The position numbers and the translations under genes were made by a program. The notes under the pieces are model-generated. The model saw only the letters and a list, made by a program, of their open reading frames with translations. It was not told where the DNA came from and did not search any database. A stretch of 5,722 bases of DNA from a virus. Position 1 is the stretch's first letter, and each line of letters starts with the position of its first letter. The stretch lies in IMG/VR virus record IMGVR_UViG_3300045988_048678, positions 1 to 5,722 of that record, one strand, 5' to 3'. Shown one piece after another: positions 1 to 5,073 of this stretch.

Positions 1-55
1 ATCATATACGATTGCATGGTAGTGAGGTCTGTGCGTTGTTCCGCCGTATTCTCCG
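1..55. repeat. Terminal direct repeat: 1-55 is identical to 5668-5722, marking the junction of a circular genome of 5667 nt
   Basis: Exact 55/55 match of the window's first and last 55 nt, seen by direct comparison. An in-frame gene (VP4) continues across the junction. Confidence 0.9.
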
Positions 56-525
56 GCCGCGTAGTAGACTATTTTTTTGTCACTTTTTTTATGATATTGT
101 ATGTATCTTCTTAATCTTTTCCAGAATCCTTTAAGGTCGTCATAATTGAGAGTTAAATTTTCTACTTCTACTTCTCCGGTCCATTTATTGATTCCTAAAC
201 CGTTATTGTAGCTCCAAGGTACGTGTTCGTCGTCGTATGTCAGAGTTAGGAACCATGCGTTTTCGTGGTATGGTAATTCCATTTCCATTCTGTTTGCCCA
301 GCTGCTTCGGCTTGTTAGCTTGCATCCTGCGCAGTGTCCGCATGGTATGAGTGTGCAGTTTTCATTTTTAATTTTTCTGAGCAGCTTTTTTTCTGCTGAT
401 TCGTTTAGCTCCGGTCCTGCTGCGTTGTAGAATGTCATACCTCTTCTTTTGCCGTATTCGAGGTATTTTTTCAGACTTGTTACCTCTCCGTCGCTAAATC
501 TCACGAGTGGTTTTGTGCATGACAT
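1..525 (-). CDS. VP4: Replication initiation protein VP4 (HUH rolling-circle Rep), N-terminal 175 codons; continues across the circular junction into 5667..5074
   Basis: Reverse-strand translation from the ATG at 525..523 gives MSCTKPLVRFSDGEV...NCTLIPCGHCAGCKL...AWFLTLTYDDEHVP...GEYGGTTHRPHYHAIVYD. A Cys cluster (C-x4-C-x2-C-x2-C) is encoded at about 322-357. RCR motif I (FLTLTYDD) is at about 229-252 and motif II (HYHAIVY) at about 4-24. There is an in-frame stop upstream at 552..550. The Shine-Dalgarno sequence is weak (GGGGAG sits 15 nt upstream). Confidence 0.9.
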   Translation of the reverse strand, partial: MSCTKPLVRFSDGEVTSLKKYLEYGKRRGMTFYNAAGPELNESAEKKLLRKIKNENCTLIPCGHCAGCKLTSRSSWANRMEMELPYHENAWFLTLTYDDEHVPWSYNNGLGINKWTGEVEVENLTLNYDDLKGFWKRLRRYIQYHKKSDKKIVYYAAGEYGGTTHRPHYHAIVYD

Positions 526-546
526 AGTGTTTCGTTGCGTCTCCCC

Positions 547-591
547 TCACCTAGCCCCTATAACCCTCTTGACGTTATAGGGGCTAGGTGA
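547..591. repeat. 18-bp perfect inverted repeat with a 9-nt loop (tcacctagcccctataac / cctcttgac / gttataggggctaggtga) in the intergenic region upstream of VP4
   Basis: Verified base by base. There is no U-tract on the coding strand after it, so it is not a terminator for minus-strand transcription. It lies 22-68 nt upstream of the VP4 ATG. Confidence 0.75.
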
Positions 592-647
592 CACAATTTT
601 TAGCAATTTTTTCCAATTCGTTATGTTTAAATGTTGCATCCCTGAAT

Positions 648-661
648 GCGGCGGTAGCCGC
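648..661. repeat. Small all-GC hairpin gcggc-ggta-gccgc just after the 56-aa ORF stop
   Basis: 5-bp stem with a 4-nt loop, seen directly. Minor. Confidence 0.4.
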
Positions 662-664
662 GAT

Positions 665-835
665 TCATTCACCGTGTTCATTCTTCAGAATAAAAGCAAG
701 TTGATTTATTGCTTCTCTTACACAGTCGCTCTTGTTGTACTTTACGCATTTGAAGTATTCATAGAGCCAATTCAGGTTTTCTACTTCTTTTGTTGTTAGG
801 TTGATGTTCATTCTTTCGACAACTTGGCTTTTCAT
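665..835 (-). CDS. Hypothetical 56-aa protein with a ribbon-helix-helix-like pattern (MKSQVVERMNINLTTKEVENLNWLYEYFKCVKYNKSDCVREAINQLAFILKNEHGE)
   Basis: Below the track's size cutoff. The ATG at 835 is preceded by AAAGGGGTATACC (SD-like) and there is an in-frame stop at 856..854. The predicted beta-strand INLTT, helix KEVENLNWL, turn and helix SDCVREAINQL resemble CopG/Arc-type RHH repressors. It sits immediately downstream of the promoter and operator. Confidence 0.4.
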   Translation of the reverse strand: MKSQVVERMNINLTTKEVENLNWLYEYFKCVKYNKSDCVREAINQLAFILKNEHGE

Positions 836-856
836 GGTATACCCCTTTCTAGTTTA

Positions 857-875
857 AGTGTACGATTCTTACACT
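857..875. promoter_or_regulatory. Perfect 6-N7-6 palindrome AGTGTA-CGATTCT-TACACT overlapping the predicted transcription start; candidate operator
   Basis: Plus 857-862 agtgta and 870-875 tacact are exact reverse complements. A third TACAC half-site at 883-887 abuts the -10 box. Confidence 0.4.
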
Positions 876-878
876 CAT

Positions 879-906
879 ATTATACACCTTCTTTCTCGTA
901 TGTCAA
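879..906 (-). promoter_or_regulatory. Perfect-consensus sigma70-type promoter on the minus strand: TTGACA (906..901), 16-nt spacer, TATAAT (884..879)
   Basis: Read directly: plus tgtcaa at 901-906 and attata at 879-884, with the spacer at 885-900. It lies 3 nt after the VP2 stop, faces the 56-aa ORF and VP4, and is matched by a terminator after the 71-aa gene. Confidence 0.6.
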
Positions 907-909
907 TAG

Positions 910-1875
910 TTAACTTTTCGATCTGTAACTTCCTTCGAGGTTTCCCGAAACTCCTTTTTCTGTTTGGGTCGTGTCCGTCTTGTTGTGTTCCCAGCCTTTA
1001 TTGTTGAAGTTGTTGTTGATCGTTTGAGCCATTTTTTGAACGCCCTGTGCGCTCGTCTTAGTCACTTCTTGCATGATGCCTTCCATGTAGTTGGCTACTG
1101 TGTAGTTATGCGTTGTTTTTGCGCTGTTTATGGTTTGCATTGCGTTGTTCAAAAATTGGCTGGTGTTGTTGCCATAATCATACATGGCTTGCATGGTGGC
1201 CGTGTGTGCTGCTGGTATTGCTGCCGCTTGCGCGTGTGTGAAGTTTGGCAGTCCCGCGGCGCTTGCTGTTGCGCCAGAGCCTGTGTTTGCTCCCCCGTTT
1301 TGTGCTGCTAAGATCGGGTTGATTCCGGCTTTCTTCATGTCTGCAACTGCTCTTTGATAGCTGGTATTCGACATTCTTTCTTGCCAGTCTCTGTTTTTTT
1401 GTGCTTCCGCTGCATTAAATGCGTTTGCCGTCGTTGCTGCTTCAGTTAATTTTTTGTTTTGCCATGCTGCGTTTAGCTGGTTCATCAGGTTTGCTAGCGT
1501 CCAGCTCCCCGTTTGGAGGTTGTTTGCTGTCTGTGCCTGTCCGGCGTTAAAGTTTGCAGCAAGGCCGCTGTTGTTGCCTGTTGCGGTTCCCAGTGCTTTT
1601 GTCAGGATGCTTCCGAGGCTTCCAACGTCGCCGATGGTTTCGCTTGTTCCTGTGCTTCCTCCATATTGCGAGGTTGTTTGCTGTGTCTGCCCTGTGCTGC
1701 TTTGGCTGCTCGATGTCGTTCCTATCGTCTGATTAGAAGATGAGCCGCTTTGTGCGTTTGTACTGGCTCCTGAACCGCTCGATATTAAATTTTTTATTTG
1801 ACCGGCTACGCCTACACCGGCGCTTATTATCGGCAGCAGCTTTGTTGCTGCGTTTAAGATTCCTGCCAGTTCCAT
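910..1875 (-). CDS. VP2: Minor capsid / DNA pilot protein VP2 (321 aa; hydrophobic N-terminus followed by a low-complexity tract rich in Ser, Thr, Gln, Gly, Asn and Ala)
   Basis: It lies directly downstream of VP1. The VP1 TAA is embedded in its SD (TAAGGAGAAGAAAA-ATG). The N-terminus MELAGILNAATKLLPIISAGVGVAG is hydrophobic and is followed by S/T/G/Q repeats, typical of Microviridae pilot proteins. Assigned by synteny and composition. Confidence 0.65.
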   Translation of the reverse strand: MELAGILNAATKLLPIISAGVGVAGQIKNLISSGSGASTNAQSGSSSNQTIGTTSSSQSSTGQTQQTTSQYGGSTGTSETIGDVGSLGSILTKALGTATGNNSGLAANFNAGQAQTANNLQTGSWTLANLMNQLNAAWQNKKLTEAATTANAFNAAEAQKNRDWQERMSNTSYQRAVADMKKAGINPILAAQNGGANTGSGATASAAGLPNFTHAQAAAIPAAHTATMQAMYDYGNNTSQFLNNAMQTINSAKTTHNYTVANYMEGIMQEVTKTSAQGVQKMAQTINNNFNNKGWEHNKTDTTQTEKGVSGNLEGSYRSKS

Positions 1876-1886
1876 TTTTCTTCTCC

Positions 1887-3530
1887 TTAGATCGTGTCAA
1901 GGCCGGGAATGTTGTAGACCGGCATTGCTCTCGTCCACGTCTGGTCGAAGTAGAAGTTGCAAATGAACTGGTGATTGTTTGCGTTTTGCACTGCGATCGT
2001 TCTGTCAATGTTTTCTTTGCCTTCTTTGATCCATGTGTCGGAGAGAGTCGGCAGGCTGCTATATTTGTCTGCGTAGTGCCACGCATCCAGAGTTTGAGCG
2101 AAGTTCGACCGCATTTCACAGGTTACTTCGTTCGTGCGGTACTTATAATCCGCCCACGCCTCTTGGTAGCCGAAGACTTCTTCATCTTTTTCGTTGCCTT
2201 GTGCATAGATTTCTTGGTTTAATACGGCCTGTTCGCCGAGGTTTGCTAACATCGGGTCGTAGTAGCTGAAGCGTGTGCTGCGTGTCCACATTCTCCGCAG
2301 TCCGTATTGATAACTATGCTGTACTCTTACGCACGCCAGACCGATGACAAAGCCGTGTTCCGTCGCCGAGTAGGTGCATATGTGTTGGCTGTTGGTCGTC
2401 ATGCTGTAGGCGCCTGTGTTGCCTTGCGGACTGGTTTCGTTCGTGCTGGACGTCTGAACAACCTGATTGATGTTGATTGGTACTCTGCACCCACCGATGT
2501 ATTCGCTGCGGTCAAGTCGTGCGTCCGGGCTCGTAACGCCCCACGCGCCTTTCAGGTATTCTTTGTACCTCGTGCCGGTTCGTGCATCGCGTTCGAGGAT
2601 ATGCTGTACTGCGATCGCGTTTCGGAGTTCGTTGATGGTTGTTGCGGTTACGCTTCCGAGGTCTGCCGCTAAATAAATGTCGTCTCTTGTTTTATCGTCT
2701 TTGATGTTTATGAATGGTTCTCCCAGTGTTGCCTGTATTCTCACTGAGCCGTTTTGATAGTTGTTGTAATCTGACAAATACAGGCCATATCTGTTTTTAT
2801 CGTTGTTGTTTTCCAATTTATAATATTCTTTATCTTTGGTTCCGGATGCGTATTTGATATATGCGTTTCCGTTTAGTGGCAGTTTTACCGCTTCGCCTTT
2901 TTGCGGCGAAGGGAGGCAGGATGTGAAGTAGTCTTTGTGTTTTGCTACTTTCAGCGGCAGCCCACCCGCTTCTGCGTCAGTGAGTTTGTTTCCTGTGTTG
3001 CTTCCTGCCGTCGTTGCGTCCGTTTTGCTCATGGTTACAGGCTGCTGCAGATTTTCGTCTCTAAACCACTCGTTCCAGATTTTCGCGTAAGCTCTGAATG
3101 GCAGACTGTTTACTTTTAGGTTTTCTACTCCGGTTGGAATGCCGAAGTAGTCCGCAATGGTTCCGTTTGCCCATCCTCCTGTTGGTGCTGTCGTCACCGG
3201 CGTTGTGTATTCTACATCTTCTGCCCAGAAACTCGAATCGTTCTGACCCATCAGGTTCTCGAAGTGCTCCCAGAGCAAGCGTGCCGGCACGAAGAACATG
3301 TAATAGTCGATGTCGCAGTTATCCATAACCGGATAAAGCGGTGTGCTCATGCGCACCAGACTGTTCAGGTCGATTCTGAAGGTGTCCGCGGGAAGTACTT
3401 CGTCGACGTAGATTGGTACTAGATCGCCTTCGTTGAGAGTTGTCAGCAGACTAAAAGGCCGTTTGAAGCTGCTGCGCCTGATTTCTGCATGTGGTACTTG
3501 CGTGAAATGCTGTTCTGCGTTTCGGCTCAT
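1887..3530 (-). CDS. VP1: Major capsid protein VP1 (Microviridae F-like, gokushovirus type), 547 aa
   Basis: The N-terminus FTQVPHAEIRRSSFKR...TT...GDLVPIYVDEVLPADTF...RMSTPLYPVMDN...DYYMFFVPARLLWEHF matches the conserved gokushovirus VP1 pattern (FxQVP..IxRSSF...DEVLPGDTF...TP..PxMDN...FFVPxRLxW). SD AAGGAGGGAG lies upstream. TAA stop at 1889..1887. Confidence 0.95.
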   Translation of the reverse strand: MSRNAEQHFTQVPHAEIRRSSFKRPFSLLTTLNEGDLVPIYVDEVLPADTFRIDLNSLVRMSTPLYPVMDNCDIDYYMFFVPARLLWEHFENLMGQNDSSFWAEDVEYTTPVTTAPTGGWANGTIADYFGIPTGVENLKVNSLPFRAYAKIWNEWFRDENLQQPVTMSKTDATTAGSNTGNKLTDAEAGGLPLKVAKHKDYFTSCLPSPQKGEAVKLPLNGNAYIKYASGTKDKEYYKLENNNDKNRYGLYLSDYNNYQNGSVRIQATLGEPFINIKDDKTRDDIYLAADLGSVTATTINELRNAIAVQHILERDARTGTRYKEYLKGAWGVTSPDARLDRSEYIGGCRVPININQVVQTSSTNETSPQGNTGAYSMTTNSQHICTYSATEHGFVIGLACVRVQHSYQYGLRRMWTRSTRFSYYDPMLANLGEQAVLNQEIYAQGNEKDEEVFGYQEAWADYKYRTNEVTCEMRSNFAQTLDAWHYADKYSSLPTLSDTWIKEGKENIDRTIAVQNANNHQFICNFYFDQTWTRAMPVYNIPGLDTI

Positions 3531-4027
3531 TTATTTTCGCTCCCTCCTTTTTGATTTTCTCCGTTTTGACGATTTTCGGTTTTTGCTGCAGCGACTTTTT
3601 CCGTCGAAATGCCCATGTTTTGTAACCAGCTTTCTTCTCCTGCGGTTGCCATGTACTCGTTGAAGTTGTTGTTGAACTTGTTCCGGATGCTCAACGGCAG
3701 TTGGTCGAACTTTTCCCGCTGCTCGTTCATCATGTTCATGTATTCGGTGTATGTGCTCGGCAGTTTGCTGGTGTCGATGTACCACCCCGGCGCCGCGAGT
3801 GCTGTTTCGTCTCCTGCTGCATATCTGCTTAAGATCGCCATCACGTCGCATTCGTCCCGGTAGCTTTGGATTTTTTCGTAAGTGTCTACCTCTCCGACCT
3901 TTTCAAGGTAGGCTTTGCCGTTTTCGTCGTATCGCTCGGCGTATTGCGGTTCCATCCGGTTTCCGCAGCAGTTTTCTTTTGCTTCCGGTTTTTCATCTTC
4001 GAAGGGCTTAAAGATTCTCTTTGGCAT
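3527..4027 (-). CDS. VP3: Acidic 166-aa protein immediately upstream of VP1 with ATGA stop/start overlap; putative internal scaffolding protein (VP3-like). The track ORF extends to 4153
   Basis: The TGA stop (3529..3527) overlaps the VP1 ATG (3530..3528). Composition is acidic. The internal ATG at 4027 has a GAGGAA SD. The 42 upstream residues, rich in T/S/A/R, overlap the 83-aa ORF and look like frame noise. The VP3 assignment rests on position, size and composition, not on a verified motif. Confidence 0.45.
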   Translation of the reverse strand: MPKRIFKPFEDEKPEAKENCCGNRMEPQYAERYDENGKAYLEKVGEVDTYEKIQSYRDECDVMAILSRYAAGDETALAAPGWYIDTSKLPSTYTEYMNMMNEQREKFDQLPLSIRNKFNNNFNEYMATAGEESWLQNMGISTEKVAAAKTENRQNGENQKGGSENK

Positions 4028-4259
4028 TTTTCTTTTCCTCTTCCAGATTGTAAACGAGTTTCGGCTGCTCTGCGTAGATCGCGCCGCTCTCGTTGTCATA
4101 CTTGCCCATGTAGTAGATTCTGCGGTCGTCGCAGTCTGCTTTTTCGCTTTCAAGCATGATCCACTTGAAGTTGCGCTCTGCTACTTTGTCCAGCATGATC
4201 ATCAGGTTGCCGAAGGTCCCGGCCAGTTCGTCTTTGATTGCGTAGATGTCATAAATCAT
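4008..4259 (-). CDS. Hypothetical 83-aa protein (MIYDIYAIKDELAGTFGNLMIMLDKVAERNFKW...)
   Basis: The ATG at 4259 is preceded by GAGAGAGGAGCTTGAAA (SD AGGAG with a 7-nt spacer). The track's TTG start at 4265 is only 2 codons upstream. Confidence 0.5.
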   Translation of the reverse strand: MIYDIYAIKDELAGTFGNLMIMLDKVAERNFKWIMLESEKADCDDRRIYYMGKYDNESGAIYAEQPKLVYNLEEEKKNAKENL

Positions 4260-4452
4260 TTTCAAGCTCCTCTCTCACTGCTTGGCTGTTTTTTAATCCT
4301 TCTTTGATAAGTGCTCTGAGGATTTTTCCAGCGCTTATTTTTTCTCCTGTCTCTTCCTCGATCAGCTCTTGAAGTCCGTCTACCAGCATCATTTCTTTGT
4401 AGCCCAGTTTTACGCTGATTCCAAAGCTTTCGAGGTCTTTTACCCGCTTCAC
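4249..4452 (-). CDS. Hypothetical 67-aa protein with a helix-turn-helix-like segment (GEKISAGKILRALIKEGL); GTG start
   Basis: The open frame runs from the TAA at 4555-4557. It is the same frame as the 40-aa ORF. No ATG occurs before residue 21, so the track starts it at GTG 4452. The SD of the next gene is embedded in its 3' end, a coupling arrangement. Confidence 0.3.
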   Translation of the reverse strand: MKRVKDLESFGISVKLGYKEMMLVDGLQELIEEETGEKISAGKILRALIKEGLKNSQAVREELENDL

Positions 4453-4554
4453 AGCCGGATGCCGCCGCGCGACGGCTTCGGATTTACGTTGATTTTCTTT
4501 GTCTTCTTCGCTGTGTTGGTGAAGATTCTCTGGTCTTTCTTTGGATTTACGCTC

Positions 4555-4677
4555 TTACGATGTGGCATTGTTTTCCTCCTTGTTTTCGTCCTGATTCAGG
4601 ATATGATAGATTTTATCCAGCGTGTTCAGGATTTTTTTCAGGTGTTCGATCATTTCTTTGATTTCTTTCAGCTTCAT
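4555..4677 (-). CDS. Hypothetical 40-aa protein (MKLKEIKEMIEHLKKILNTLDKIYHILNQDENKEENNATS), predicted amphipathic helix
   Basis: An internal ATG of the 84-aa track ORF, preceded by TAAGGAGGTAAAA-ATG (perfect SD, 5-nt spacer). The longer track ORF would read through the U14 terminator as FFFF and is therefore implausible. Confidence 0.4.
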   Translation of the reverse strand: MKLKEIKEMIEHLKKILNTLDKIYHILNQDENKEENNATS

Positions 4678-4679
4678 TT

Positions 4680-4721
4680 TTACCTCCTTATCATCTTTAC
4701 AATTAGTTGCGCTGTTTCCAT
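4680..4721 (-). CDS. Possible 13-codon leader ORF (METAQLIVKMIRR) with its own perfect SD
   Basis: AAAAGGAGGTGCAAA-ATG on the minus strand. Its TAA stop sits inside the AAGGAGGT SD of the next ORF. It is very short, so it is low-confidence as a gene. Confidence 0.2.
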   Translation of the reverse strand: METAQLIVKMIRR

Positions 4722-4749
4722 TTTGCACCTCCTTTTCTCTGATTTTATC

Positions 4750-4792
4750 AAAAAAAAAAAAAACGCAAGAGTGGTTTTTGTTCACTCTCACG
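4750..4792 (-). terminator. Rho-independent terminator on the coding (minus) strand: a 10-bp stem with two G.U pairs and a 9-nt loop, followed by U14
   Basis: The minus-strand RNA reads CGUGAGAGUG-AACAAAAAC-CACUCUUGCG followed by 14 U (plus-strand A14 at 4750-4763). It lies after the VP4 / 71-aa gene pair. Confidence 0.55.
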
Positions 4793-4804
4793 TTTTTGTT
4801 ATAG

Positions 4805-4844
4805 GTCATGCGGTCGGCGCGGTGCGCCGAATGAAAAGCATGAC
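4805..4844. repeat. GC-rich compound hairpin in the intergenic region
   Basis: Outer stem gtcatgc (4805-4811) pairs with gcatgac (4838-4844). Inner stem tcggcgc (4814-4820) pairs with gcgccga (4824-4830), with a 3-nt loop ggt. Checked base by base. Confidence 0.6.
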
Positions 4845-4856
4845 GTGGCTTTTGTG

Positions 4857-5072
4857 TTAGTAGCCGGATTTTCCTTTATTTGCATAGCTGCTTATGATTT
4901 TTTGCACGCTTCCGATTGTTGATTTTTTGTTAAGGTTTATGTTTGTGTCTATGTAACAAGCTAGAATCCATTCTAGTAGTTCGTCGGTTGTGTTTTCTTT
5001 GTCTAAAAATTGGTTTTCATATCGTTCATACTGTTCTATGTCTTTAAGCATTTTTCTGCAAGCTTTGTTCAT
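4857..5072 (-). CDS. Hypothetical 71-aa protein immediately downstream of VP4 (the VP5 position in gokushoviruses; no homology recognised)
   Basis: The ATG at 5072 is preceded by GGGAGGAAG (strong SD) with good spacing. The start lies 1 nt after the VP4 stop. The sequence is non-repetitive and protein-like. Confidence 0.5.
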   Translation of the reverse strand: MNKACRKMLKDIEQYERYENQFLDKENTTDELLEWILACYIDTNINLNKKSTIGSVQKIISSYANKGKSGY

Positions 5073-5073
5073 G

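Noticed and set aside
565-573. Loop sequence CTCTTGAC shares CTTGA with the phiX174 origin nick region (AACTTGATATTAATAAC)
   Set aside because: A 5-nt match is far too short to infer origin homology.
621-632. ttatgtttaaat resembles the XerD arm of E. coli dif (TTATGTTAAAT), which would hint at XerCD-mediated integration as in enterobacterial gokushovirus prophages
   Set aside because: It has a 1-nt insertion relative to dif, and there is no recognisable central region or XerC arm (CATAA) upstream. An AT-rich 11-mer can match by chance. It would be worth a profile search with dif motifs, but it is not supported here.
1733-2119. 128-aa basic minus-strand ORF overlapping the VP1 C-terminus and VP2 N-terminus in another frame
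   Set aside because: No RBS or start context. The composition is consistent with frame noise. An overprinted gene cannot be excluded, but there is no positive evidence.
964-2672. Plus-strand ORFs (964..1311, 1454..1732, 1513..1743, 1554..1736, 1740..2222, 2033..2269, 2307..2672, 2467..2676)
   Set aside because: They are antisense to VP1 and VP2. Their translations are Cys/Val/Leu/Phe/Arg-rich with no RBS, which is the typical shadow of the opposite strand. Microviridae transcribe a single strand.
4798-4803. The 8-mer CCTATAAC is shared between the arm of the 547-591 hairpin and the second intergenic region; it could be a -10-like element
   Set aside because: A single 8-mer recurrence in 5.7 kb on two strands is expected by chance at appreciable frequency. 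No matching -35 is present at proper spacing.
4555-4809. 84-aa track ORF MTYNKNVRVNKNHSCVFFFF...
   Set aside because: Its N-terminal half reads through the U14 terminator (FFFF) and starts inside the GC hairpin. Only the C-terminal 40 codons, with a perfect SD at 4677, are credible.
2901-4860. Other plus-strand ORFs (2901..3119, 3098..3328, 3433..3663, 3609..3863, 3751..4011, 3866..4159, 3915..4307, 4369..4860, 4622..4804)
   Set aside because: Same reasoning: antisense shadows of minus-strand genes with low-complexity hydrophobic translations.
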